From NCBI GenBank assembly GCA_009837355.1, contig VXTR01000051.1, positions 13,224 through 77,223 on the forward strand: 64,000 nt of DNA, in the 5' to 3' direction. A program made the translations under genes and the position numbers. The DNA is from Chloroflexota bacterium. GTDB taxonomy: Bacteria > Chloroflexota > Dehalococcoidia > Lucifugimonadales > UBA3495. Each line of letters opens with the position of its first letter. Positions within the stretch are counted from its first letter, which is position 1. Positions 9,696 to 19,545 of the stretch are shown here, piece by piece. The notes beneath the pieces were generated by a model. That model made no database searches. It was given only the letters and a program-made list of their open reading frames with translations, and had not been told where the DNA came from.

Positions 9696-10349
9696 ATGCC
9701 CGACTACGCCTACTTCGTTCAGATGGACATTCCCGACGACCGGGATGCCGAGTTCAACCGCGTGTACGACACCGAGCACGCCAAGTACCTGTGCCAGGCT
9801 CCCGGAGTCCATTCCTGCAACCGCTACCGGCTGCAGTCCACCAACGCCGCCAAGTTCGCCCGCTACGCCGCCCTGTACGCCATCGACGAGCCGGGCGTGC
9901 CCTACTCCGACGGCTGGCGCGTTGAGGGCGAAAAGGGCGACTGGGCCACCAAAATCCGCCCCCACGCCACCAACCGCACTCATACCATGCTCAAGCGCAT
10001 CGCCGACGCCGGCGACGAATCCGCCGATGCCGGCTACATCTTTATCGTGCAGACCGACGTAGCCTCTGAGGTCGAGGACGAGTTCAACCGCCTGTACGAC
10101 ACCGTCCACCTGCCCGGCCTTTGCCAGGTTGACGGCGTGGTCAGCGCGCGACGCTACCGGGTGGAGTCCACCAACCTGGACGGCATCCAGAAGTACGCCG
10201 CCGTGTACCGGATTACAAGCCCCTCGGTTATCGACTCGGAACCCTGGCAAGCCGCCGTTCAGGACGAATGGACCGCCAAAGTCAGGGACAAGTGTGTCGG
10301 CCTCACCCGCACCATTATGCAGCAGGTCGCCCGGCACCCCGCCGGCTAG
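9696..10349 (+). CDS. Tandem dimeric alpha-beta barrel (EthD/DUF4286-like) protein
   Basis: Two internal repeats EFNR.YDT.H...LCQ..GV.S..RYR...YAA.Y.I; GGAGG RBS. Confidence 0.7.
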   Translation: MPDYAYFVQMDIPDDRDAEFNRVYDTEHAKYLCQAPGVHSCNRYRLQSTNAAKFARYAALYAIDEPGVPYSDGWRVEGEKGDWATKIRPHATNRTHTMLKRIADAGDESADAGYIFIVQTDVASEVEDEFNRLYDTVHLPGLCQVDGVVSARRYRVESTNLDGIQKYAAVYRITSPSVIDSEPWQAAVQDEWTAKVRDKCVGLTRTIMQQVARHPAG

Positions 10350-10360
10350 CGACGCAGTTC

Positions 10361-10825
10361 GTGGAAGTAACCATCCACACCGACGGCGCCTGCCTGGGCA
10401 ACCCGGGCCCGGGCGGGTACGGCGTCATCCTGGACTACGACGGCCGGCGCAAGGAGCTGTCCGGCGGCTACGCGCTCACCACCAACAATCGCATGGAGCT
10501 GCTGGCCGCCATCGTCGGCCTGGAGGCGCTGAACCGCCCCTGCCAGGTTACCCTGCACTCAGACTCCCGCTACGTCGTTGACGCCGTCAGCAAGGGCTGG
10601 GCCGCCAAATGGCGCCAGAACGGCTGGATGCGCAACAAGCGGGAGGCAGCGGTCAACCCCGACCTGTGGGAACGTCTGCTCAACCTGCTGGAACGGCACG
10701 ACGCCAGGTTCCACTGGGTGCGCGGGCACAGCGGCAACCCCGACAACGAACGCTGCGACGCGCTGGCCACCACCGCAGCTCGCCAACCCAACCTGCCCGA
10801 CGACCCCGGCTATCGGCTTAAATAA
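10361..10825 (+). CDS. rnhA: Ribonuclease HI
   Basis: HTDGACLGNPGPGG, TTNNRMEL, DSRYV, NPDLW, WVRGHSGNPDNERCD. Confidence 0.95.
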   Translation: MEVTIHTDGACLGNPGPGGYGVILDYDGRRKELSGGYALTTNNRMELLAAIVGLEALNRPCQVTLHSDSRYVVDAVSKGWAAKWRQNGWMRNKREAAVNPDLWERLLNLLERHDARFHWVRGHSGNPDNERCDALATTAARQPNLPDDPGYRLK

Positions 10826-10997
10826 AGGAGCGGCCGGCCCCGAGGGGTAGTCGCTGAAGGAGCGGCTCGCTGCCGGTCGCTGGCGTCCGATTGTACCCGC
10901 CGGGGACGGTCGGTTGCAACAGGCAGCACAATTTCGCTACAATCGGCAAATCACACCCCTTCCATCAACGATCAACGATCCCTACGAGGTAATCACC

Positions 10998-13025
10998 ATG
11001 GCTGTATCCGCCAGTACCATCCGAAACGTTGCGCTGCTCTCTCACAGCGGCGCCGGCAAGACCTCTCTTGCCGAAACCATGCTGTTCAACGCCAAGGTGA
11101 TTAACCGCATTGGCCGGGTTGAGGACGGCACCACCGTCTCCGACTACGAGCCGGAAGAAGCCAAGCGCGCCGCCAGCGTCCAGACCAGCCTGCTCCGTTT
11201 CACCGACGGCGACGACAAGGTCAACCTGCTGGACACCCCCGGCTACGACGAATTCCTTGGCGAGGCCATCGGCGCCCTGCGCGTCGTTGAGTCGGCCCTC
11301 ATCCTGGTGGCCGCTCCCTCCGGAGTTGACGTTGGCACCGAGCGGTCATGGGATCTGGCCCGCGCCAACAACCTCCCCATCGCCTTCCTGCTCAACAAGA
11401 TGGACCGGGAAAACGCCAGCTTTGAGCGCAGCGTTCAGGAAATCCAGGACATCTTCGGCAACCAGTGCGTTCCCTTCCAGCTGCCCATCGGCGAAGCCCA
11501 GGACTTTACCGGCCTGGTCAGCGTCATCGACCCGCCGGCAGACATACCCGCCGACGTAATCGGCGACTTCGACTCCGCCCGCGAACGGCTGATAGAAGCC
11601 GTGGCCGAGTCCGACGACGCCTTGGCCGACAAGTACCTGGAGGGCGAGGAGATTACCGCCGCCGAGGTAACCGCCGGCGCCCGAGAGGCCGTCCGCAACG
11701 GTGACCTGGTGCCTATCCTCGTGTCCTCGGCCACCCAGAACATCGGCGTTGCCGAGCTGGTGCAAGTGATACGCGACTTCCTGCCCTCGCCGGCCGACCT
11801 GCCCAACAGCTCCGGCGACGCCGACGTCGCCTCCGATGCCGCCGCTCCCCTGGCCGCGCTGGTATTCAAAACCACCTCCGACCCCTTCGTCGGCAAACTT
11901 TCCATGTTCCGTGTCTATCGCGGCACCGCCCAGTCCAATGGCGAGGTCTATAACAACAATAAGGGCGAGTCAGAGCGTCTCGGCCAGCTGTACCTGCCCC
12001 AGGGCAAGAACCAGGACAACGTCAACGAAGTCGTCGCCGGCGATATCGGCGCCATCGGCAAACTCAACGCCACCCTCACCGGCGACACCCTGTGTGCCGG
12101 CGACAACCGGGTTACCCTGCCCGGCGTGGATTTCCCGAAGGGTTTTTACTCTCTGGCCGTCATGCCCGCGACCCAGGCCGACCTGGACAAGATGTCCACC
12201 TCCCTCGCCCGCATCGTTGAAGACGACCCCAGCCTCCAGTTCACCCGCAACCCGGAGACCAGCGAGAGCCTGCTCACCGGCCTGGGCGAAGTGCAGATTG
12301 AGGTAGCCTTGGACCGCATCAAGCGCAAGTTCGGCGCCAGCCTGAACGTCAAGCTGCCCGTGGTTCCCTACCGCGAGACCATCACCCAAGTTACCAACTC
12401 CGAGTACCGCCACAAGAAGCAGACCGGCGGCAGCGGCCAGTACGGCCACGTGCTGCTGCGCCTGGAACCCCGCGTCCGCGACGAAGGCTTCGAATTCGGC
12501 AACGAGGTGGTCGGCGGACGCGTTCCCCGCGAGTTGATTCCCGCGGTGGAGAAGGGCGTGGTCAACACGCTGAAAGAGGGCGTGCTGGCCGGCTTCCCGG
12601 TGGTGGACCTGAAAGCCGTCATCTACGACGGTAGCACCCACCCGGTGGACGGCAAGCCCATCGCCTTTGAGATTGCCGGCAGCCAGGCCCTGCGCCAGGG
12701 TATGCAGAAGGCCGCGCCCGTGCTGCTGGAGCCCATCGTGCGGCTCTACGTCACTGTCCCGGAAAACTACACCGGCGACATCATCAGCGACATGAACAGC
12801 AAGCGAGGCCGCATCCTGGGCATGAACCCCGAAACCCGTTACACCGTCATCGAGGCCGAGGTGCCCCACGCCGAAGTGCAGCGCTACTCGCAAGACCTGC
12901 GCTCAATGACCGGAGGACGCGGCTCCTACCGCTTCGAGTTCGACCACTACGAACAGGTCCCCCAGAACATCGAGCAGCGCGTCATCGACACCGCTAAGCA
13001 AGCTAAAGAGGCAGCTACGGCGTAA
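10998..13025 (+). CDS. fusA: Elongation factor G paralogue (EF-G2/FusA2 type)
   Basis: SHSGAGKT, DTPG, NKMD, KKQTGGSGQYG; switch I reads RAASV instead of RGITI; not in the str operon. Confidence 0.88.
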   Translation: MAVSASTIRNVALLSHSGAGKTSLAETMLFNAKVINRIGRVEDGTTVSDYEPEEAKRAASVQTSLLRFTDGDDKVNLLDTPGYDEFLGEAIGALRVVESALILVAAPSGVDVGTERSWDLARANNLPIAFLLNKMDRENASFERSVQEIQDIFGNQCVPFQLPIGEAQDFTGLVSVIDPPADIPADVIGDFDSARERLIEAVAESDDALADKYLEGEEITAAEVTAGAREAVRNGDLVPILVSSATQNIGVAELVQVIRDFLPSPADLPNSSGDADVASDAAAPLAALVFKTTSDPFVGKLSMFRVYRGTAQSNGEVYNNNKGESERLGQLYLPQGKNQDNVNEVVAGDIGAIGKLNATLTGDTLCAGDNRVTLPGVDFPKGFYSLAVMPATQADLDKMSTSLARIVEDDPSLQFTRNPETSESLLTGLGEVQIEVALDRIKRKFGASLNVKLPVVPYRETITQVTNSEYRHKKQTGGSGQYGHVLLRLEPRVRDEGFEFGNEVVGGRVPRELIPAVEKGVVNTLKEGVLAGFPVVDLKAVIYDGSTHPVDGKPIAFEIAGSQALRQGMQKAAPVLLEPIVRLYVTVPENYTGDIISDMNSKRGRILGMNPETRYTVIEAEVPHAEVQRYSQDLRSMTGGRGSYRFEFDHYEQVPQNIEQRVIDTAKQAKEAATA

Positions 13026-13045
13026 GCAGCTCGTACCTACGGAAT

Positions 13046-13074
13046 GTAGCCGGGACGGGTTCAAACCCGCCCCT
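13046..13074. repeat. REP-like hairpin between convergent genes (possible bidirectional terminator)
   Basis: gtagccGGGACGGGT-tcaa-ACCCGCCCC imperfect palindrome; relative at 54090-54116. Confidence 0.5.
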
Positions 13075-13079
13075 CATTC

Positions 13080-14756
13080 TTAAACCCCCCATGTCGGCTG
13101 GTACTCCCCGAATACCTCCCGGAACACCCCCATCATCTCCCCCAGCGTGGCCTCCGCCTTCACCGCCTCAATCAGTGGATACATCAGGTTGGCCTCGCTG
13201 CCCGACTGGCGGGCCGCCGACTCCAACGCGCGCAGCCGGACGGCCACCTCCCGGTCGTCCCGACGACGGCGCACCTCGTTCAAATGCGCGATGTGGCGCT
13301 GCTCGCCGGCCTCGTCCACCCGCAGTATCGGGATGTTCAGGCTCTCGTCCTCGTCAACGTAATCGTTGACGCCCACCGTGATGCGTTCCCGGCGGTCTTC
13401 CTCCTGCTGGTAGATGTAGGCGGCGTCGGCGATTTCGCTCTGGAAGAACCCCGATTCCAGCGCCGGTATCACGCCGCCGTGCCGGTCAATCTGCTGGAAG
13501 TAATCGTAGGCGCGACCCTCCACCTGGTTGGTCAGCGCTTCGAGGAAGTAGCTGCCGCCCAGGGGATCAACGGTGTCGGTTACGCCGGTTTCGTGAGCGA
13601 TAATCTGCTGAGTGCGCAGGGCTTGCAGGGCGGCCTCCGCCGACGGCAGCGCCCACGCCTCGTCCTTGCCGTTGGTGTGCAGCGACTGGCACCCGCCCAG
13701 CACGGCGGCCAGGGCCTGCAACGACACCCGCACCACGTTGTTCTCCGGCTGCTGCGCCGTCAGCGACGCGCCGGAGGTCTGCGCGTGGAACCGCATCCAG
13801 CCGGAACGCTCGTTTTCGGCGCCGAAAGTCTCCCGCATCTCCCGCGCCCAGATGCGTCGGGCCGAGCGGAACTTGGCAATCTCCTCGAAGAAATCGTTGT
13901 GCACGTTGAAGAAGAAACTGAGCCGGGGCGCAAATTCGTCCACCGCCATCCCGCGCTCCACGCAGTGCCGCACGTACTCGAACCCGTCGGCCAGGGTGAA
14001 CGCCAGCTCCTGCACCGCGTTGCTGCCGGCCTCCCGGATGTGATACCCGCTGATGCTGATGGGGTTGAACCGAGGCATATTGTCGGTGGCGAACTCCACC
14101 GTATCCACCACCAGCCGCATAGACGGGTGCGGCGGGAAGATGTACTCGTTTTGCGCGATGTACTCTTTCAGGATGTCGTTCTGCAGGGTGCCGCCCAGCG
14201 ATGCCATCGTGGCGCCCTGCCGCTCGGCGGCAGCGATGTACATCGCCCAGATGATGGCCGCCGGGCTGTTGATGGTCATGGACGTGGTTACCTGGTCCAA
14301 CGGGATGCCGTCAAAAACCGTCTGCATATCCTCCAGGCAGGACACGGCCACGCCGCACTTCCCGAACTCGCCCCGGGCCCGCTCGTCGTCGTGGTCGTAG
14401 CCGTACAGCGTGGGCATGTCGAAGGCTACGCTGAGGCCCGTCTCGCCCTGGTCCAGCAGGAAGCGAAACCGCTCGTTGGTCTCCGCCGGCTCGCCGAACC
14501 CGGCGAACATCCGCATCGTCCACAGCCGCGAGCGATAGCCGGCCGGATGCACCCCCCGCAGGTAGGGATACTCGCCCGGCAGCCCCACGTCCCGCAGGTA
14601 GTCGGTATCGGCGACCTCCGCCGGCCCGTACAGCGGGGCCACGGGAATCTGGCTCAGCGTCTTGTAAGCCGACTTGCGCCCGGGGGCCGCGTCAGCCCGC
14701 TCCCGCCACGCCTCGGTGCGCTGGCGAATCTCATCATCACTATTTGATATAACCAC
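13080..14756 (-). CDS. B12-dependent acyl-CoA mutase, large (substrate-binding) subunit, isobutyryl-CoA mutase-like
   Basis: [53 protein letters not shown]; no B12-binding domain. Confidence 0.88.
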   Translation of the reverse strand: MVISNSDDEIRQRTEAWRERADAAPGRKSAYKTLSQIPVAPLYGPAEVADTDYLRDVGLPGEYPYLRGVHPAGYRSRLWTMRMFAGFGEPAETNERFRFLLDQGETGLSVAFDMPTLYGYDHDDERARGEFGKCGVAVSCLEDMQTVFDGIPLDQVTTSMTINSPAAIIWAMYIAAAERQGATMASLGGTLQNDILKEYIAQNEYIFPPHPSMRLVVDTVEFATDNMPRFNPISISGYHIREAGSNAVQELAFTLADGFEYVRHCVERGMAVDEFAPRLSFFFNVHNDFFEEIAKFRSARRIWAREMRETFGAENERSGWMRFHAQTSGASLTAQQPENNVVRVSLQALAAVLGGCQSLHTNGKDEAWALPSAEAALQALRTQQIIAHETGVTDTVDPLGGSYFLEALTNQVEGRAYDYFQQIDRHGGVIPALESGFFQSEIADAAYIYQQEEDRRERITVGVNDYVDEDESLNIPILRVDEAGEQRHIAHLNEVRRRRDDREVAVRLRALESAARQSGSEANLMYPLIEAVKAEATLGEMMGVFREVFGEYQPTWGV

Positions 14757-14816
14757 GGATAACTCCTGTTGTTCATTAGGGAAACTGAATAAGCGTCAGG
14801 AAGCGAGAATGTCGGA

Positions 14817-16037
14817 CTACCCCACCAACCGCACGAACCGCCGCCGGCCCCCCCGCACCACGTCCCCCGCTAGCAGTTCCGGCCCTTCGCCGGCTGCCAC
14901 GCTTACCCGCTCGCCGTTGGCTCGGATGATTTCAACCGCGCCCTGGGTGATGAGGCGACGGGCTTCGGCGTTGCTGGACGCCAGGCCGGTTTCCACCAGC
15001 AGGCGGTTGATGGGCAGCTCGGCAGCGTCGGCCAGGCTGTACTCCGGCATATCCTCGGGCAAATCCCGCCGCTGTACCACCTGCTCGAAATGGGACTCGG
15101 CGGTGTTAGCGGCATCGGTGTCGTGGAAGGTGGCGGTGATTCGGCGTGCCAACCCCTTCTTGAAGTCCATGGGGTTGGCCGACTCCGACGCCATGGCTTG
15201 CTGCATTTCGGCGATGTCAGCGTCGGGCACGTCGGTCAGGTATTCGTAGTAGGACGTTATCAGGCTGTCCGGCAGGGACATCAGCTTGCCGTACATCTCT
15301 GCCGGCGGCTCTTCCAGCGCCACGTAGTTGCCCAGGCTCTTGCTCATCTTCTGCACTCCGTCGGTGCCCACCAGGATGGGCATCATGAAGCACTGCTGCG
15401 GCGTCTGCCCCATCATCCCCTGCAGCTCCCGGCCCACCAGCAGGTTGAACATCTGGTCGGTGCCGCCAAATTCCACGTCCGACTCAATCACCACCGAGTC
15501 GTAAGCCTGCATCAACGGATACAGCATCTCGGTGATGGCGATGGGCCGGTTCTCCGCGTAGCGGTTGGCGAAGTCCTCACGGTGCAGGAACTGGTTGATG
15601 GTGAACCGGCTGGTCAGCTCGATGACGTTGGCCAGGGTGAACTCACCGAACCACTGGCTCTGCCATTCCACCTGCGTCCGTTCCCGGTCCACCACCTTGA
15701 AGAACTGGCGCATGTAGGACTCGGCGTTTTCCAGCACCTCGGCGTGGGTCAGCATGGTGCGCGTCGCCGAGCGGCCCGAGGGGTCGCCAATCTGCGCCGT
15801 CCAGTCGCCGACGATGAGGATGACCTGGTGGCCCAGATCCTGCAGTTGGCGCAGCTTGCGCAGGCCGACCACGTGGCCCAGGTGAATGTCGGGCCGGCTG
15901 GGATCAAAGCCCATCTTCAGGCGCAGCGGCCGTCCGCGCTGCAACATCGCCGTGAACTCCTCCTCGGAGATGATGCGGCTGACGCCCCGGCGGGTGATGG
16001 TAGTGAGGTCTTCCGGTATTTCCACTCGACTGGTCAC
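14817..16037 (-). CDS. tyrS: Tyrosine--tRNA ligase
   Basis: GFDPS..DIHLGH, YPLMQAYD, KMSKS, C-terminal S4 domain. Confidence 0.95.
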   Translation of the reverse strand: MTSRVEIPEDLTTITRRGVSRIISEEEFTAMLQRGRPLRLKMGFDPSRPDIHLGHVVGLRKLRQLQDLGHQVILIVGDWTAQIGDPSGRSATRTMLTHAEVLENAESYMRQFFKVVDRERTQVEWQSQWFGEFTLANVIELTSRFTINQFLHREDFANRYAENRPIAITEMLYPLMQAYDSVVIESDVEFGGTDQMFNLLVGRELQGMMGQTPQQCFMMPILVGTDGVQKMSKSLGNYVALEEPPAEMYGKLMSLPDSLITSYYEYLTDVPDADIAEMQQAMASESANPMDFKKGLARRITATFHDTDAANTAESHFEQVVQRRDLPEDMPEYSLADAAELPINRLLVETGLASSNAEARRLITQGAVEIIRANGERVSVAAGEGPELLAGDVVRGGRRRFVRLVG

Positions 16038-16066
16038 GCTGCTAACCTCGCCGTGTTCCCGGCTGG

Positions 16067-17053
16067 CTACGCGCCATCCAGCCGGTCATGCTCTTCAAGT
16101 ATGTTGCGGGCGTTGTCCACGTCCCGGTTCATCTGGGTGATGAGTGCGTCGATGCCGTCGAAGGTCTCCTGCCCCCGCAGCCGCGACACGAACTCCAGCC
16201 GCAGATTCTCGTCGTAAATGTCATCCGAAAAGTCCAGCAGGTACGCCTCAATCAGGCGTTGGCTCAGCCCGAAGGTGGGCCGCACGCCGATGCTGGTGGC
16301 AGCCAGGTGCCGCACGCCCCGCACGGTGGCGTAGGTAGCGTACACGCCGTCCGCCGGTATCACGAAGTTCGGCGTCGGGACGATGTTGGCCGTGGGAAAG
16401 CCCAGCTGCCGGCCCATCTTGGCGCCGTGGACCACCACGCCGTCGGTGGCGTAGGGACGGCCCAGCAGGTACTCCGCGCCGTCCACGTTGCCGTCGGCCA
16501 GGGCGTTGCGCACCCGCCGGCTACGTACCGCCGAGCCCTCCAGCTCCAGGGGCGCAACGGTTTCCACCCAGAACCCCATGGCTGAACCGCGACGGTGCAG
16601 GTATTCCAGGTTGCCGCTGCGGTTGCGTCCCAGGGCGAAGTCCGGCCCGGTTACGATGCCGCGCATATTCAGGCAGTTCACCAGCAGGTCGGTGAACTCG
16701 TTGGCGTCCACGTTGGCCAGCTCATTGGTGAACTCCAGGCAGATGACGCTGCCCACGCCCGCCTGGTAGAGCAGCTCCACCTTCTCTTCGGGGGTGATGA
16801 TTTTATTGACCACTCGGTCGGGATTGACCACCTCGGCCGGATGGTTGCTGAAGGTGATGACGGTGGGAATCATCGCCGGCGCGGCCCGCTGGAACATCCG
16901 CTGCAGCAGGTGGTGATGGCCGCGATGGACGCCGTCGAAAACGCCGATGGTGATGACCGTATCGCTGCCGGGCGGAGGCGCAGCTTCCACCAGCGCCTGG
17001 CGAAAGCCGCCTCTACCAAGAGTCCGGGGGTCAACGTTTTCCGGAGTGGGCAT
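16067..17053 (-). CDS. ribF: Bifunctional riboflavin kinase/FAD synthetase
   Basis: IGVFDGVHRGH, GRQLGFPTAN, GVRPTF. Confidence 0.95.
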   Translation of the reverse strand: MPTPENVDPRTLGRGGFRQALVEAAPPPGSDTVITIGVFDGVHRGHHHLLQRMFQRAAPAMIPTVITFSNHPAEVVNPDRVVNKIITPEEKVELLYQAGVGSVICLEFTNELANVDANEFTDLLVNCLNMRGIVTGPDFALGRNRSGNLEYLHRRGSAMGFWVETVAPLELEGSAVRSRRVRNALADGNVDGAEYLLGRPYATDGVVVHGAKMGRQLGFPTANIVPTPNFVIPADGVYATYATVRGVRHLAATSIGVRPTFGLSQRLIEAYLLDFSDDIYDENLRLEFVSRLRGQETFDGIDALITQMNRDVDNARNILEEHDRLDGA

Positions 17054-17067
17054 TGTTGCTGGATGGC

Positions 17068-18819
17068 CTACCGGCCCATGGCGTAGCCGTCCCGTCGCAG
17101 GTCGGCGCCGCCGAACATTGCGCCGCGCTCCCGGTCAACCTCGATGGCGCACAGCGAACCCATCCGCGGCGTCCACTCGTCCCACACGTCCACGTCGTGG
17201 CCCCGCTTGCGCAGGTCGTCCACCACCGATGGCGCGATACGAGATTCTACGCCCACCAGGCCAGGCCGGTAGGCGTGGGGCCAGAAGGAGTTGGGGAAGC
17301 TCCACGTGGACGCCCGCGGGGCCTCGATGGCCTGCTGCACGTCCATGCCGAACTCGGCCACGTTGAGGAACATCTGCACCATGGACTGGGGCTGCACGTC
17401 GCCGCCCGGCGTGCCGAAGGGCAGCCAGGGCTTGCCGTCCTTGAAAGCCAACGCCGGATTGGGCGTGAGACGCGGCCGCTTGCCGGGAGCCAGGCTGCTG
17501 GGATGGTCGGCGTCCAGCCAGCTCTGCGCGCCTCGCGCCGACACCATGAAACCCAGGCCGGGCACGATGGGCGCGCCGCCGAACCCGTCGCTGGGCGTGG
17601 CCGAAAAGGCGTTGCCCCAGCGGTCAACGGCGCAGATGTACGACGTGTCGGCGGACAGCGGGCCGGCCACCGCCTCAGGCTGACGGGCGGCCCTACCGCT
17701 GCCGGACTGGTATGCCCAGGGGTCGCCGGCCATCGGCATCTCCGGGCAGGCCCGCTGCGAGTCAATCTCCCGGCGGCGGGCGGCGGCGTACTCGCGGGAG
17801 AGCAGACCGGCCATGGGCACGTCCACGAAGTCGGGGTCGCCGTAGTAGGCGTGGCGATCGGCAAAGGCCAGTTTCAGCGCCTCCAGCACCGTGTGGATGT
17901 AGTCGGCGGAGTTGTGGCCCATGCCCTGCAGGTCACAGCCTTCCAGGATGCGCAGGGCGTGCAGGTTCATCGGCCCCTGGCACCACGGCCCGCAGGCGTA
18001 AACATCTATTCCCTTATAGTCGATCATCGCCGGCGCGTCCACGCCCACGGAGAAGTCGGCCAGGTCCTGCATGGACAGCCAACCGCCCTGGCTGCGGATG
18101 AAGGCGACCATTTCCTCGGCGATGTCGCCCTTGTAGAACAGGTCGCGGGCGGCGCGGATGCCGGCTTCGCGGCCCTGGCCGTTCACCGACTGCTCGGCGC
18201 GAATCATACGGCGGAAGGTCCGCCCCAGGTCGGTCTGCACCAGCAGGTCGCCGAGGCCCAGGGCCTTGCCGCCGGGATAGAAAATCTGCATGGTGCTGGT
18301 CCACTGGCTGGTGTCGCCCTCGTCCAGGATGATGTTGTCGCCGCTGCTCACCAGCGCCCGGTGCAGCGTGGCCGGAATGGGGAAGCCGCCCTCGGCAATC
18401 TCCAGGGCCGGCGTAACCACCTGCTCAAAGGTCATCGTGCCGTAGCGGGACAGCGTAGTGAGCCAGGCGTCGGGCGCGGCCGGCGTAACCGTGCGCATCA
18501 CGCCGTGGGGCATATCGCCGCCGTGCTCCTGCTGGAAGTAGTCGATGGACGCCTCGGCCGGCCAGCGTCCCAGCCCGCTGATCTCTCGGGTCTCGCCCGT
18601 GGCGGCGTGGTGGATGATGATGGGGGCGACGCCGGCGAAGCTGGTGTACTGGGGCAGCGTAACGTTGATGACGATGCCGGCCGCCACGCCGGCATCGATG
18701 GCGTTGCCGCCCTGTTCCAGAATCCGGTAGCCGGCCGCGGTGGCCAGGTAGTGGCCGGTGCTGACCATGTGGGTAACGCCGCCGACCAGGGGACGATAAC
18801 TGCGCAATCCGAGAGCCAT
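17068..18819 (-). CDS. Gamma-glutamyltransferase family Ntn hydrolase
   Basis: GGNAIDAGVA, DTSYICAVD (Thr nucleophile), PGKRP, GTPGGDVQPQ; GGAGG RBS. Confidence 0.9.
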   Translation of the reverse strand: MALGLRSYRPLVGGVTHMVSTGHYLATAAGYRILEQGGNAIDAGVAAGIVINVTLPQYTSFAGVAPIIIHHAATGETREISGLGRWPAEASIDYFQQEHGGDMPHGVMRTVTPAAPDAWLTTLSRYGTMTFEQVVTPALEIAEGGFPIPATLHRALVSSGDNIILDEGDTSQWTSTMQIFYPGGKALGLGDLLVQTDLGRTFRRMIRAEQSVNGQGREAGIRAARDLFYKGDIAEEMVAFIRSQGGWLSMQDLADFSVGVDAPAMIDYKGIDVYACGPWCQGPMNLHALRILEGCDLQGMGHNSADYIHTVLEALKLAFADRHAYYGDPDFVDVPMAGLLSREYAAARRREIDSQRACPEMPMAGDPWAYQSGSGRAARQPEAVAGPLSADTSYICAVDRWGNAFSATPSDGFGGAPIVPGLGFMVSARGAQSWLDADHPSSLAPGKRPRLTPNPALAFKDGKPWLPFGTPGGDVQPQSMVQMFLNVAEFGMDVQQAIEAPRASTWSFPNSFWPHAYRPGLVGVESRIAPSVVDDLRKRGHDVDVWDEWTPRMGSLCAIEVDRERGAMFGGADLRRDGYAMGR

Positions 18820-18967
18820 GAAACTTACCTCCGCGTGCGTCCGCACGAACGATGCTGCCGTGTTCGCTTGATGGTCGGCAGTATAGGGCATTGGGGCAAG
18901 GGTTGCCAGTAAGAGGGCAGGTCAGTCCTGGTGTCGGTTGCTGGTGTTTGGTTGTGGTTGGCCTCCT

Positions 18968-18994
18968 TCCTTCGGCAAGCTCAGGATGAGCGGG
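18968..18994. repeat. REP-like element (CCTTCGxCAAGCTCAGGATGAGCGG type)
   Basis: tccttcggcaagctcaggatgagcggg resembles a short interspersed repeat I recognise from many bacteria; single copy here. Confidence 0.5.
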
Positions 18995-19153
18995 AGGGGT
19001 TCGGCGGTGAGCGGGGGCTGGTTTCGTGGTGGTTGGTTTTCATTGGGGTTGGCTCCTTTGGGTTTTGGGTAGCCTGCCTGAGGTCGGTTTCCGGAATTTC
19101 ACTTTGGTCGTTGTCAGTCCCACGGCCGGGGGGTTCTTACGCACTTCCACATA

Positions 19154-19335
19154 GGTGTTTTTGTGACGGGGTCATTTCTCCGCCAATGGCCGCAGTGGTA
19201 TCGCGCCGTGCCACACCTGGTCTTTTGCGACGGGGTCAGTTCTCCCGCCAATGGCAGCAGTGGCCGCTCCGGTGTCACGTCTGGTGTTTTGTGACGGGGT
19301 CAGTTCTCCCGTCAATGGCAGCAGTGACCGCTCCG
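19154..19335. repeat. Three tandem ~64-bp imperfect repeats with an internal hairpin
   Basis: Units start at 19154, 19219 and 19283; shared core GGTsTTTTGyGACGGGGTCAkTTCTCC(C)GyCAATGGCmGCAGTG. Confidence 0.9.
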
Positions 19336-19440
19336 TCGTGCGATTTAGGATTAGCTGACTGTTTGGTGGCCGTTGACGACCGCAGTGATGATGACCTCGT
19401 TGGCAGGCTGGGATGGTTAGGTTTTGGTGTACACGAGGCC

Positions 19441-19470
19441 ATGCTAGCACGTATGTTCCATCACTGTCAA
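19441..19470 (-). promoter_or_regulatory. Sigma70-type promoter with a candidate LexA (SOS) box in the spacer
   Basis: Minus strand TTGACA-18 nt-TAGCAT with extended TG; the spacer contains GAAC-ATAC-GTGC (one mismatch to GAAC-N4-GTTC). Confidence 0.65.
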
Positions 19471-19545
19471 TAGGAGCGAGGCCAAGGGGCTGTCGGGGTT
19501 TTGGTGACTGTTGCCGTGCCGGAGAAACAACGCCAGCGTGATGAG

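Noticed and set aside
19154..19335. CRISPR array
   Set aside because: The conserved part is about 45-50 bp, the short linkers resemble each other instead of being unique spacers, and no cas genes are in the window.
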